DNA of 59,658 nt, the filler included, from Nitrospinota bacterium (GTDB lineage Bacteria > JADFOP01): NCBI GenBank assembly GCA_022562795.1. It is 3 parts of 3 records of this genome, joined end to end, with 100 filler letters (N's around TTAATTAATTAA, not from the genome) between each part and the next. Parts side by side here need not be neighbours in the genome. Positions count along the whole stretch, not along the records: positions 26,651 to 52,902 come from JADFOP010000031.1; 2 more parts are not named here. One strand, written 5' to 3'. Made by a program: the position numbers and the translations under genes. Below are positions 39,565-49,224 of this stretch, one piece after another; within the stretch, counting starts at the first letter, position 1, and each line of letters opens with the position of its first letter. The notes under the pieces were generated by a model, which saw only the letters and a list, made by a program, of their open reading frames with translations, was not told where the DNA came from and searched no databases.

Positions 39565-39784
39565 CGTGAGCCTCCTCAGGCGCGCAGAAGCGCGCTGAAG
39601 CAATGTGCAGGCCTCCCGACTCCCTCCACCCCTGAGGTGCGCTCGTTCGCATTGTACCACAGCGTTCTAAGCAGGCCAACGCCACCCCAAAAGTCCCTTG
39701 CCCGCCCTCGGCGGGGTGTGCTATTCTGGATTGGGCCGATTCCCGGCCCGCCACCCCTTTAGGGATTAGGCTTTCCGCGACCGC

Positions 39785-40639
39785 ATGAAATCCATAGGCA
39801 TCATCTCCAAACCCCACCACGCCGAGGCCAAACGCGTCCTCGAGGAGCTGGTGCCCTGGCTCGCCGAGCGCGGCAAGTCGGTGGTCATGGACGTAGATAC
39901 CGCCGCCCTGGTTGGCGAGACAACGGGGGTTGAGAAAGACCGGCTCCCCGACGAGGTGGCGATGATTATCGTCCTCGGCGGCGACGGGACCTTCCTAAGC
40001 GTCGCCCGCCTCATAGAGGGCCGCGACGTCCCGCTGCTCGGGGTCAACCTGGGCGGCCTCGGCTTCTTGACGGAGGTGACCCAGGAGCAAATCTTCGAGA
40101 CGCTCGGGGAGATTTTCGAGGGCAACTACGGCGTGGGCGAGCGGCTGCTCCTTCAGGCGCACGTCCACCGCGACGACGAGCGGATCGCCGAATACCGGGC
40201 CCTCAACGACGTGGTCATCAACAAGGGCGCGCTGGCCCGCATCATCTCGCTGGAGACCTACGTAAACGGCGTCTACGTCAATACCTTCGCCGCCGACGGC
40301 ATCATCATCTCGACCCCCACGGGCTCGACCGCCTACAACCTGGCGGCCGGCGGGCCGATCCTCTCTCCGGAGCTGGGGGCCCTCATCATCAACCCCATCT
40401 GCCCCCACACCCTCACCAACCGGCCCCTGGTGCTGCCCGAAGATGTGACGGTCGAGGTCGTCCTGAAGGCCGAGGGCGAGGATGTGCTGCTGACCCTCGA
40501 CGGCCAGGTGGGGTTCGCCCTGCGCTACGACGACGTGGTCGAGGTCCGCAAGGCCCCCGAAACCGTGAAGCTCATCGAGCCGCCCCGGCGCAACTACTTC
40601 CAGGTGCTTCGGACCAAGCTCCGCTGGGGCGAGCGCTGA
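39785..40639 (+). CDS. nadK: NAD kinase
   Basis: GGDGTFL, GVNLGGLGFL, LNDVV and TPTGSTAY motifs. Confidence 0.96.
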   Translation: MKSIGIISKPHHAEAKRVLEELVPWLAERGKSVVMDVDTAALVGETTGVEKDRLPDEVAMIIVLGGDGTFLSVARLIEGRDVPLLGVNLGGLGFLTEVTQEQIFETLGEIFEGNYGVGERLLLQAHVHRDDERIAEYRALNDVVINKGALARIISLETYVNGVYVNTFAADGIIISTPTGSTAYNLAAGGPILSPELGALIINPICPHTLTNRPLVLPEDVTVEVVLKAEGEDVLLTLDGQVGFALRYDDVVEVRKAPETVKLIEPPRRNYFQVLRTKLRWGER

Positions 40640-40683
40640 AAGAGGGCGGGACTACCCAATAATTATCAACAACTCAAAACTCC

Positions 40684-40712
40684 TTGACAATTTTGCCAGG
40701 GGGTTGGATAAT
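40684..40712 (+). promoter_or_regulatory. near-consensus sigma70 promoter facing the REP cluster
   Basis: TTGACA-17 nt-GATAAT. Confidence 0.55.
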
Positions 40713-40805
40713 GTCTCAATACGCCACCCAAACCGTATTTATTTGTCCTTTAGGGAGCAGTGAAAGGTCGTATGTTTGTCCGCCAGAATATCCAGGATAT
40801 AAGGA

Positions 40806-41212
40806 GTCGGGGTCAGGGGCGACCCCGACTACCCATATATAAACCCCCTCCGAATACACGGTTCACCCTCCCAGCCCACGGACAGGGACAAGCCCTGTCC
40901 CTACACAACAAGAGAACGAAGACTTCATTAGCTTAATTCTATGTAGGGACACCCCTCGTGGGTGTCCGGCCTTTACCGGGTATCCGGGGATGCGGACAGG
41001 GGCAAGCCCTGTCCCTACATAACAAGAGAACGAAGACTTCGTTAGCATAAATCTATGTAGGGACGCCCCTCGTGAGTGTCCGGCCTTTAGGGCATTAAGG
41101 TCTGCTAGGTGGTGTCGGGGTGCTGCAGGCAGCGGGGCAAGCCCCCAAGGGGGCTGGGTCGCAAGTCCGCCTCAGGCGGAGTCGGCCCGACTACCCGGGG
41201 ATGCGGACAGGG
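40806..41212. repeat. GTAG-family REP/BIME cluster
   Basis: GTAG-initiated hairpins at 40879-40904(-), 40943-40968(+), 40993-41018(-) and 41057-41082(+) form two ~97-bp units with a 114-bp period; a second type GTAGTCGGG at 40806-40832 and about 41186-41194. Confidence 0.85.
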
Positions 41213-41226
41213 ACCGTAGGTCCGCC

Positions 41227-42015
41227 TCAGGTGAAGTCGGGCTCGCGCTTTTCCCGGAAGGCGGAGAGGCCTTCGGCCCGGTCGGGCTGGGTGTATACGT
41301 AGGCCATCTGCTCGATCTCGAAGTTGAGGCCGCCGGCGAGGTCCATCTCGATCCCCCGGTTGAGGCTCCGCTTCATGGCGGCGAGCGACACCCAGCTTAC
41401 CTTTACGAGGGAGCGGGCCAAGGAAACCGCCTCATCCATAAGCCGGTCGGCGGGGACGACATTGGTTACGAGCCCTACCCCAAGGGCCTCTTCGGCCGAG
41501 AGGCGCCGGCCGGTAAGGAGCATGTCCATGGCCCAGGCACGCCCCACGATACGGGGCAGAAGCTGCGTGCCGCCCCAGCCGGGCATGACTCCGTGGGCCG
41601 CTTCGGGGAAGAAGTAGGTCGAGTCGTCGGCCCCTATGCGGATGTCGCAGGCGCAGGCGAACTCCAGCCCGCCGCCGACGGCCAGGCCGCCCACGGCGGC
41701 GATGAGGATGGTGTCCATCCCCCGCATGGTGTGGATTATCTCGTGAGCCTCGCGGGAGTAGAGCTTGCCCTGGTGGACGTCTTTTTCGGACATCTCCTTG
41801 AGGTCTCCCCCCGTGCCGAAGGCCCGCCCGGCTCCTGTGAGGATGGCGACCCGGGCCTCGCGGCTGTCGCGCAACCAGGTGATGAAGCGGCGGAAGCCCG
41901 CAAGCATAGGGGAGTTCATTGCGTTCAAGGCCTCGGGCCGGTTGAAGGTGCAGGTGACGATCCGCCCGTCGTCCGGGTCGCGCTCAATACGGATGGTCTC
42001 AGGATATCCGCTCAT
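41227..42015 (-). CDS. enoyl-CoA hydratase/isomerase family protein
   Basis: NRPEALNAM, AFGTGGDL, GGGLEFACACDIR and PE...G..PGWGGTQ motifs. Confidence 0.93.
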   Translation of the reverse strand: MSGYPETIRIERDPDDGRIVTCTFNRPEALNAMNSPMLAGFRRFITWLRDSREARVAILTGAGRAFGTGGDLKEMSEKDVHQGKLYSREAHEIIHTMRGMDTILIAAVGGLAVGGGLEFACACDIRIGADDSTYFFPEAAHGVMPGWGGTQLLPRIVGRAWAMDMLLTGRRLSAEEALGVGLVTNVVPADRLMDEAVSLARSLVKVSWVSLAAMKRSLNRGIEMDLAGGLNFEIEQMAYVYTQPDRAEGLSAFREKREPDFT

Positions 42016-42228
42016 AGAGTCCCCCTAGCGTGGCGCCTGGCCACGATGCCGAAAGGTTTTAGATTGTTAAGGATTCGGCCGCCCGTGCCGCCCACCGCGG
42101 CGGGCCGCGTCGCTCATCATACGAAGGAGGGGGCGGGCAGGTCAAATGGAATGGGGATGGAGAGGGAGATCGGCTTTCACGATAGCCAGAGAAATCCAAA
42201 GCGCACGGCCCGGAAGCGTTTCCGCGCG

Positions 42229-42324
42229 GGTTGCGATTTTTCGGCTTTTTCCGCGTTTTTCCGGGAATTTCCGAATTAAAGCTCCGGTTGCGATTTTTCG
42301 GCTTTTTCCGGGAATTTCCGAATT
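42229..42324 (+). repeat. imperfect direct repeat of phased T-tract units
   Basis: GGTTGCGATTTTTCGGCTTTTTCCG(CGTTTTTCCG)GGAATTTCCGAATT at 42229-42277 and 42286-42324. Confidence 0.9.
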
Positions 42325-42396
42325 GACCCTTCTGGTGCGTTCCGATACGATGGGAGCCGTTTGACCGACCTTTATCAACAATAAGGAGCGGCCCCA

Positions 42397-43647
42397 TTGG
42401 AGAATCCCCGCCTCAGGCCTCTTGAGGCCTTTCCGGTGGAGCACGAGCGCCGGCAGATGATCTGCTTGCGCGACCCCCACGGCTACCTCGAAGAGCCCTT
42501 CTACGTCGCGGCCGAACTCGGAAGCATCCTTCAGCACCTCGACGGGACCAACTCGCTGCGCGATATCCAGGCCGCCCACATGCGACAGCACGGCGAGCTA
42601 CTGCACACCGAGCAGCTCGAGGCCTTTGTGCGCGAGCTCGACCAGGCGCTTCTGCTGGAGAGCGAACACTTCCGGTCCTTCGTTGCCGAGACTCAAGCTG
42701 CCTTCAAGCGCCTGAAGGCCAGGCCCCCGGCCCTTGCGGGCAGCTCATATCCTGAGGAAGCCCAAGAGCTCAACGGCCTGCTGGCCGACTTCTTCACGGC
42801 GCCGGGCGGCCCAGGCGCCCTTACCACCGACGGCGGGCCGCCCGATGGACGCCTTGCAGCGATCGTGGCCCCGCACATCGACTACGCCCGCGGCGGGCCC
42901 TGCTACGCCCACGCTTACAAGGCCCTCAGGGAATCTTGCCAGGCACGTTGCTTTGTCATTCTCGGAACCTGTCACCGGCCGACGAAGTATCCGTTCGTCT
43001 TGACCCGCAAGGCCTTCCAGACGCCCCTCGGCGTGGCGCCGACCGACGGGGGCTTTATCGACAGCCTCCAGGCGCGGGTGGACTACGATCTCTTCGCCGA
43101 CGAGTTCGCCCACCGCTCCGAGCATACCATCGAGTTCCAGGTCCTGTTTCTCCAATACATATTGGCCGGACGCCAGCCTTTTCGGATCGTCCCGATTCTG
43201 GTGGGCTCTTTCCACGAGGCCGTCTTAAACGGTTCCTCTCCCATGACCGTGGAGCCAATCGGGCAGTTCATCGAGGCATTGCGCGAGACACTCGATGAGG
43301 AGGCCTCTGGGGGGATCTGCGTTGTGGTCAGCGCCGACCTCGCTCACGTCGGGCCTCAATTCGGAGACCCAGCGCCGTTGGGCCAGAGCGATTGGGACCG
43401 TGTACGACAGGACGATCTGGCATTAATGGACCACGCCGTGGCGGCCGATTCCGAGGGCTTCTTCCAAGAGATCGTCTCCCAAGGCGACCGCAACCGCATA
43501 TGCGGCTTCCCACCTATTTACACGATGCTCGCGGCCCTGGACGACGGTGTGGAAGGGGGGCTGCTCAACTACGGGCAGTGGCCCAGCGCGTACGGAACCG
43601 TCACCTTCGCTAGCCTCGCCTTCTCAAGGCCCGAGGTGGAGGGCTGA
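42397..43647 (+). CDS. MEMO1 / AmmeMemoRadiSam protein B with N-terminal extension
   Basis: AGSSYP, APHIDY, GTCH, EHTIEFQ, SADLAHVG and RICG motifs. Confidence 0.88.
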   Translation: MENPRLRPLEAFPVEHERRQMICLRDPHGYLEEPFYVAAELGSILQHLDGTNSLRDIQAAHMRQHGELLHTEQLEAFVRELDQALLLESEHFRSFVAETQAAFKRLKARPPALAGSSYPEEAQELNGLLADFFTAPGGPGALTTDGGPPDGRLAAIVAPHIDYARGGPCYAHAYKALRESCQARCFVILGTCHRPTKYPFVLTRKAFQTPLGVAPTDGGFIDSLQARVDYDLFADEFAHRSEHTIEFQVLFLQYILAGRQPFRIVPILVGSFHEAVLNGSSPMTVEPIGQFIEALRETLDEEASGGICVVVSADLAHVGPQFGDPAPLGQSDWDRVRQDDLALMDHAVAADSEGFFQEIVSQGDRNRICGFPPIYTMLAALDDGVEGGLLNYGQWPSAYGTVTFASLAFSRPEVEG

Positions 43648-43653
43648 GACCCT

Positions 43654-45012
43654 ATGGACGACGACATTCAACACGACCCTTCTCCTGAAATGCCCGACCA
43701 ACCCTCCGACACCCCACCCCCGTCTCAGAGCCAGCCCTCCTTTTTAGCAATGCCAACCACCATTGAGGAAACAGGCCTGAATGAGGGCTTCCTCCTGGAC
43801 CTACTCCCCAAAGTTCTCTACACGGTAGGCTCCTTGAGCGGATACCAGCTCTGCGATCGCCTTAAGCTCGCTCCGACCGTGGTCAACGCTCTCCTTGTTA
43901 AACTTAAGAAGGAGAAGCTCATCATGGAGTCGCCGGGGGCGGGCTCGCATCCGTTGGAGTTCATCAACACTTTGACCTCCGAGGGAGCGCAACGGGTTCG
44001 GGAATCAATGGGGACAAGCATGTATGCCGGTCCGTGCCCCGTGCCCCTGGAGGTCTATTCCGAGGCCGTCAAGGCTCAATCTATAAAAGGGCGGATGAAG
44101 TTGGTGGATAGGGCCCGTTTGGAAGAGGGATTGGCCCACCTCGTTGTGGACGATGAGTTAATAGAGCGCATAGGTCCGGCGATTAATACCTTTCGGTCCC
44201 TCTTCATTTTCGGTCCCGCGGGCGGAGGGAAGACGGTTATTGCCAAAGCCATCGGGAACATGATGTCCGAGGAGTACTACCTCCCTCACGCCATTGCCGT
44301 TGACGGTCAGGTCATCAAGCTCTTCGACCCGGTCAACCACATCTCCCTCGACCCGCCAGGGGTGGACGGCGCCGAGGCTCCTGGTGGGGATCGGCCGGCG
44401 GCGGACCCTCGGTGGCTCAGGTGCCAACGCCCCGTGGTGATTACCGGGGGTGAGCTGACCCTCGAGATGCTTGACCTAGCCTTCAATCCGCTCGTCAAGT
44501 ACTACGAGGCGCCCCTCCAGCTCAAGGCCAACGGCGGGATGTTCCTGGTGGACGACTTCGGTCGCCAGCTGGTCTCTCCCCGGGACCTGCTCAACCGCTG
44601 GATAATCCCAATGGAGGAGCGACAGGACTACCTCACCCTCCACACGGGCCAAAAGTTCCCCGTGCCATTTGATATCCTAACTATCTTTGGGACCAACATC
44701 GAGCCGCGCGACTTGGTGGACGAAGCCTTCTTGCGCCGAATCCCGTTCAAGGTGGAAGTCAAAGACCCCACGCCCGACCAGTACCATTCCATCTTCGACC
44801 GGGTCTGCGAGGAGCGTGAATTAGAGTACGACAAAGATGTTGTGGATGGGTTGCTGGAGCGTTACTACCGTCCTCAGGACAAGCCCCTTCGGGCATGCCA
44901 TCCGAGGGATTTGGTGGAGATCATCATCGCGCGCGCAGACTTCCTGAAGGAATCACCTAGGGTGACTGAGCAGACCTTGGCGGAGGCCTGGAAGACCTAC
45001 TTCGTAGATTAA
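43654..45012 (+). CDS. AAA+ family ATPase with N-terminal winged-helix-like region
   Basis: Walker A GPAGGGKT, Walker B LVDDFGRQ and DEAFLRRI. Confidence 0.85.
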   Translation: MDDDIQHDPSPEMPDQPSDTPPPSQSQPSFLAMPTTIEETGLNEGFLLDLLPKVLYTVGSLSGYQLCDRLKLAPTVVNALLVKLKKEKLIMESPGAGSHPLEFINTLTSEGAQRVRESMGTSMYAGPCPVPLEVYSEAVKAQSIKGRMKLVDRARLEEGLAHLVVDDELIERIGPAINTFRSLFIFGPAGGGKTVIAKAIGNMMSEEYYLPHAIAVDGQVIKLFDPVNHISLDPPGVDGAEAPGGDRPAADPRWLRCQRPVVITGGELTLEMLDLAFNPLVKYYEAPLQLKANGGMFLVDDFGRQLVSPRDLLNRWIIPMEERQDYLTLHTGQKFPVPFDILTIFGTNIEPRDLVDEAFLRRIPFKVEVKDPTPDQYHSIFDRVCEERELEYDKDVVDGLLERYYRPQDKPLRACHPRDLVEIIIARADFLKESPRVTEQTLAEAWKTYFVD

Positions 45013-45109
45013 CCGCCCAGGTTGGAAATGCCAAGTCCTCTTTTTGGGTTAGACGCCCTCCTACCGCCAAGATACCCGGTTCAGGCAGTTGCTCCTCTCT
45101 ATATTGCCC

Positions 45110-46141
45110 TCACTCCTCCAGCGCGGAGGGCGTCTGGACGATGGTCAAGCCCACCTCGTCCCCCACCTGGTGAGGCCATATCCCGTTCGCAAGGCAGGAG
45201 CAGTTGACACGAAGACCATCGACCTCCACTAAGTAGACCTCTCCCTCCTGGCCCAAGAACATCCGATGGATGAGGCGGCCCCGGATCGTTCCGAATGGGT
45301 CGATTTGTAGGTCCTCGGGCCGCAAAGCTAGAGTTACCGGTCCATCGGGCCTGAACATGGGGAAGGTGCCGAGGGCGGTCTCCACCTGCCCGTCCTTGAC
45401 CTGGCCCTCCAAGATTAGAGCTTTTCCTAGGAAGGAGGCGACGAACCGGCTGCGGGGCCGTCGGTAGACGACTTCCGGGCGGCCGACCTGTTCGAGCCGC
45501 CCATCCTTCATGACGGCAAGCCGGTCGGCGACCTTCATGGCCTCGGCGCGGTCGTGGGTGATGTAGAGGGTCGCCACGCCGAGCTGGCGCTGGAGCACCT
45601 TGAGCTCGATGATCATCTCTTTTTTGAGCCGGGCCTCGATGGCGCCCATCGGCTCGTCCAAGAGCAGGATTGAAGGCTGTGGGGCGAGGGCCCTGGCTAG
45701 AGCCACCCGCTGTTGCTGACCGCCTGAGAGCTCGTGAGGGTACCGTTTTGCAAATGAGCCAAGCTCCACCTTCTCAATTATCGCTTGGACGCGCTGGGTC
45801 TTGGTCTCGGAGTCGAGCCTCCGGAGGCCGAACGCGATGTTCTCCTCGACGGTCAGGTGAGGGAAGAGGGCCAAGTCCTGAAAGACTATCCCGACCCCGC
45901 GTCGCTCCGGCGGCACGAAGGTTTTTCCATCGGCTAGGACCTTACCCTCCACCTCTACCGTCCCGGCACAAGGCACCTCAAATCCAGCGATGAGGCGTAA
46001 CGTGGTGGTTTTCCCGCATCCGCTGGGGCCCACGAGGGCCACGATCTCCCCCTTCTCCACGCTGAGGGTGAGGCCGTCCACTGCGGGAGGGTCGTTCGGG
46101 GCGTATCGTTTTGTCAGCCCTTCGAGGCGAAGGAGGCTCAT
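45110..46141 (-). CDS. Fe3+ ABC transporter ATP-binding protein (FbpC-like)
   Basis: GPSGCGKTT, LSGGQQQRVALARAL and TOBE-like C-terminus. Confidence 0.9.
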   Translation of the reverse strand: MSLLRLEGLTKRYAPNDPPAVDGLTLSVEKGEIVALVGPSGCGKTTTLRLIAGFEVPCAGTVEVEGKVLADGKTFVPPERRGVGIVFQDLALFPHLTVEENIAFGLRRLDSETKTQRVQAIIEKVELGSFAKRYPHELSGGQQQRVALARALAPQPSILLLDEPMGAIEARLKKEMIIELKVLQRQLGVATLYITHDRAEAMKVADRLAVMKDGRLEQVGRPEVVYRRPRSRFVASFLGKALILEGQVKDGQVETALGTFPMFRPDGPVTLALRPEDLQIDPFGTIRGRLIHRMFLGQEGEVYLVEVDGLRVNCSCLANGIWPHQVGDEVGLTIVQTPSALEE

Positions 46142-46151
46142 CTATTCCCCC

Positions 46152-47807
46152 TTAAGAACTCCAGGCGATGTCCCTGGGGCGCCACAGCGATAGGAGAAGC
46201 CACGGCACCGCCACGAGGCCCACCAATGTCAAGGCCAGAGCGGCTGCGCGGGGCTCCGGTCCGATGTCCATCGTGTATATCCAAATTCGTACAGGCAGCG
46301 TGTCGAAACCGGGAGGACGGACGATGAGGGTCGCCGCCAGCTCCCGCATGGAGAGGATGAATACCAAGACCCATCCCCCCAAAAGGCCCGGCCGGATAAG
46401 CGGGAGGATAACCTCCCAGAAGGTTCTAAGCGGCCCCCGTCCGAAACCCCGGGCCGCCTCCTCGAGAGAGAGGGGAAGCTGCTCGAGCGCCGCCTTGACC
46501 GATTGAAATGCCGGGGTGGTGAAGAGGATGACGTATCCTAAGGCCACAACCAGCGGCGAAGCATAGACCCAAGGCAGGGCGGTGTGAAAGAACCCCACCA
46601 TGCCCAGGCCTAAGGCGGTGCCGGGGATCGCGTAGCCGACCTGAAAGAGCGTGGAGGCCCCCCAGCCCCGGCGTCGGCGCTCCTGAAACCACCCGACGGC
46701 TAGGGCGAGGAGCAGTGCCAAACTCGCCCCGAGGGCGGCCATCCAGAGGGAGTTCAGTATCACTCTCCATTCGAAGCTCAGCAAGGAGACGATCTCGCTC
46801 GCGCCGATTCGGGATGCCTGGAGAGCCAGAACCAGCAAGGGAAGAAAGAAGGAGCAGCTAAGTACCAGAGCCACGAAGCAGTAAGCGATACTGCGAGCCC
46901 CCCTCCCAAGGGGAATGCGCTCTGGGGGCCTGCTTCTGGCGGTGACTTGGGTGTACCTGGCCCGACCCAGAAATTTAAGCTGAACAAGTAGGATACCAAC
47001 GGTCATGACGACCAACACCACCGAGAGCCCCGCCGGAATCGTCCAATCCATCGTCCCCTGAACAAAGTCGTAAATAACAGATGTAAGCGTTCGGACCCGC
47101 AGCAGAGAGACCACCCCGAAATCGGCCCAGCTGTACAGAAAGACCATGAGACTACCGGCGAGGAGCGCGGGGCGGAGCAGGGGAAGGATGACGCGGCGCG
47201 CGACCTCCCATCGGCCCATCCCGGCGGCCTGGGCCACCTCCTCTAAGGCGGGGTTGGCTCGATCCAGACCCGCTCGCACAAGCAGGTAGATATACGGGTA
47301 GGTGAAGAGGCTCAAGACCCAAGCGGCTCCCCAGAGGCTGTAGATGTTAAACACTTGGAGTTTAGAGGGCTGCTGGCCCGCCAATCTGGCCACCAAGTGG
47401 TTGACGAAGCCCGTCGGAGCCAGGAGGATTTGATAGACCAGGGCCCCAATATAAGGGGGGATCGCTAAAGGAAGGGGTGCGAGCCAGTGGATTAGCCCTC
47501 TTCCGGGCAGATCGGTCCTGGCAGTGATCCAAGCCATCGGAACCGCCCACACCAGGGCCAACCCTGTGGTGATGACGGCCAAAACGCAGACCCGAGCAAC
47601 GATCCGGTGAAGGCCGAGCTCACCCATCCTGGTAAAGAATTCCCCAAGCCCTAGGCCGAGACCCTTCCAGGCCAGAAACGCCAGGGGCCCCAAGATGGTG
47701 GTCGCCACGACTCCCGTCAGAGCGAAGCCCGAGAGGTGCCTGAGGCGGTCCCCCTCCAGAAATCCTTGGAGTCGGAGGGCCGTCCTAAGGGATAAGGAGC
47801 GCTCCAA
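46152..47807 (-). CDS. Fe3+ ABC transporter permease (FbpB-like)
   Basis: Duplicated permease with two EAA loops; YPYIY and MRELAATL motifs. Confidence 0.9.
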   Translation of the reverse strand: MERSLSLRTALRLQGFLEGDRLRHLSGFALTGVVATTILGPLAFLAWKGLGLGLGEFFTRMGELGLHRIVARVCVLAVITTGLALVWAVPMAWITARTDLPGRGLIHWLAPLPLAIPPYIGALVYQILLAPTGFVNHLVARLAGQQPSKLQVFNIYSLWGAAWVLSLFTYPYIYLLVRAGLDRANPALEEVAQAAGMGRWEVARRVILPLLRPALLAGSLMVFLYSWADFGVVSLLRVRTLTSVIYDFVQGTMDWTIPAGLSVVLVVMTVGILLVQLKFLGRARYTQVTARSRPPERIPLGRGARSIAYCFVALVLSCSFFLPLLVLALQASRIGASEIVSLLSFEWRVILNSLWMAALGASLALLLALAVGWFQERRRRGWGASTLFQVGYAIPGTALGLGMVGFFHTALPWVYASPLVVALGYVILFTTPAFQSVKAALEQLPLSLEEAARGFGRGPLRTFWEVILPLIRPGLLGGWVLVFILSMRELAATLIVRPPGFDTLPVRIWIYTMDIGPEPRAAALALTLVGLVAVPWLLLSLWRPRDIAWSS

Positions 47808-48828
47808 ATCGCTTCTCCACTATGGGTTCGAAATCGGCCATCCGCGCCTGGGTCACGGGGGCCCGCTTGAACTCTCCGAGGCCCTTCACCCCTTTTTCCT
47901 CGCCGACGGGCCGCACGCCGTTCAGGAGAGGGATCTCATACTTTCCTTTCACGAGCAGCAGGTTCCCTCTGGGCTGGAGTAGGAAGTCTATGAACCGCGT
48001 GGCCTCGTTCATGTGAGCGGCGCCCCGGATGATGGCCGCGGTGATGGTCGCCATCGGAGTACCCATCTGTCCCGCCCCCTGGTCGGGGTAGAGAATTCCT
48101 ATGGGGCTTTCTGGGTCTTCATCAAGATGGATCATGTAGTAGTAGTGGTTGGTAATCCCCAATGGGTACTCCCCCCTGGCCACGGCACGGCGCACTTCGG
48201 TGTTGTTTTTCAATACCTTGAGGCCGTTGGCCTTCAAGGCGCGTACGTACTTCGTGGTAAAGTCCTCGCCTTTCAGGGCCATGATGGCCGCCAACCAGCT
48301 CACTGTGGTCCGCTCTGCCATGGAGGCCAAAGCCACTTTCCCTTTCCACTTCGGGTCGGTCAGCTCGAAGAAGGATGTGGGGAGGTCGATGCCCTTCAAC
48401 AAGTCCTTGTTATACAGAATCACCCGGACCCGGCCGGTGACTCCCACCCAGGAGCCGTCGGAGGCCCTGAACTCGGAGGGAACCGCCCCGAGGTGCGGGG
48501 AATCATAGAGGGCCAGGAGCCCTTTGCGCCTGAGCAGTTCTGCAATTCCGGCTGCTGTTCCTACGAAAACATCACCCAGTGGATCGCCCTGCTCGATTTC
48601 GATCCGGCGGGCCAGCTCTCCAGCTTTCCCCGTCAGCAGTGTGACCGTTATCCCTGTCTCATCTTGAAATGCCTGAATGGTGGGGCGAATTAAATTCTCT
48701 TTGCGAGCGGAGTAAACCACTAGGTCCTTTTTCGCCTGAGCCATCTTCGGGGCGAGCCCCACCCCCGCCAGTGCGGCGAAACACAACGCAATCGCTCCCG
48801 CCACAACGCGCAGTACTCTCACATTCAT
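47785..48828 (-). CDS. Fe3+ ABC substrate-binding protein (FbpA/FutA-like)
   Basis: VVYSAR, RVRVILYN, L.DPKWKG and the NHYY tyrosine iron-ligand motif. Confidence 0.9.
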   Translation of the reverse strand: MNVRVLRVVAGAIALCFAALAGVGLAPKMAQAKKDLVVYSARKENLIRPTIQAFQDETGITVTLLTGKAGELARRIEIEQGDPLGDVFVGTAAGIAELLRRKGLLALYDSPHLGAVPSEFRASDGSWVGVTGRVRVILYNKDLLKGIDLPTSFFELTDPKWKGKVALASMAERTTVSWLAAIMALKGEDFTTKYVRALKANGLKVLKNNTEVRRAVARGEYPLGITNHYYYMIHLDEDPESPIGILYPDQGAGQMGTPMATITAAIIRGAAHMNEATRFIDFLLQPRGNLLLVKGKYEIPLLNGVRPVGEEKGVKGLGEFKRAPVTQARMADFEPIVEKRFGALLIP

Positions 48829-48884
48829 AAATGCGCTCCTTTCGTCCCTGCTCGGCCTCATGGCCTGTGAAGCGGAGTGAGCTT

Positions 48885-48903
48885 GTTATTGATTCTCATA
48901 ATC
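48885..48903 (-). promoter_or_regulatory. Fur box 1
   Basis: GATTATGAGAATCAATAAC, 15/19 match to GATAATGATAATCATTATC, upstream of the iron ABC operon. Confidence 0.7.
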
Positions 48904-48999
48904 AATTGTCTGGGCAACAATCGACACACTTACTTTTCCTCTAGCGCCATCACTGGGCTAGCTGTTATATTATGGGTTCGAAATCAACCGAAGCTAATT

Positions 49000-49018
49000 G
49001 ATATTGATAATCAATATC
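49000..49018. promoter_or_regulatory. Fur box 2
   Basis: GATATTGATAATCAATATC, 17/19 match, perfect 9-1-9 palindrome. Confidence 0.85.
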
Positions 49019-49224
49019 GTATGCCTACAAATACAATATGGTATCTTACATAGAGATGTCAAGACCCCCACATGCACTTTCTTTTAACGAACTTACAAGG
49101 GAAAAGATGCAATTTGGCAGACTCATTCTGGTCGCTACCCGCCACCTTTCCCCCCACCGGCAACTTAGAGCGCTCTTCCAAAATCCTGCGCTCCGCCCCT
49201 CTCGTCATTTAACCACCTAATCCC

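Noticed and set aside
40879..41089. CRISPR array
   Set aside because: The repeats alternate in orientation, the linkers are near-identical rather than unique, and no cas genes are present. It fits REP/BIME.
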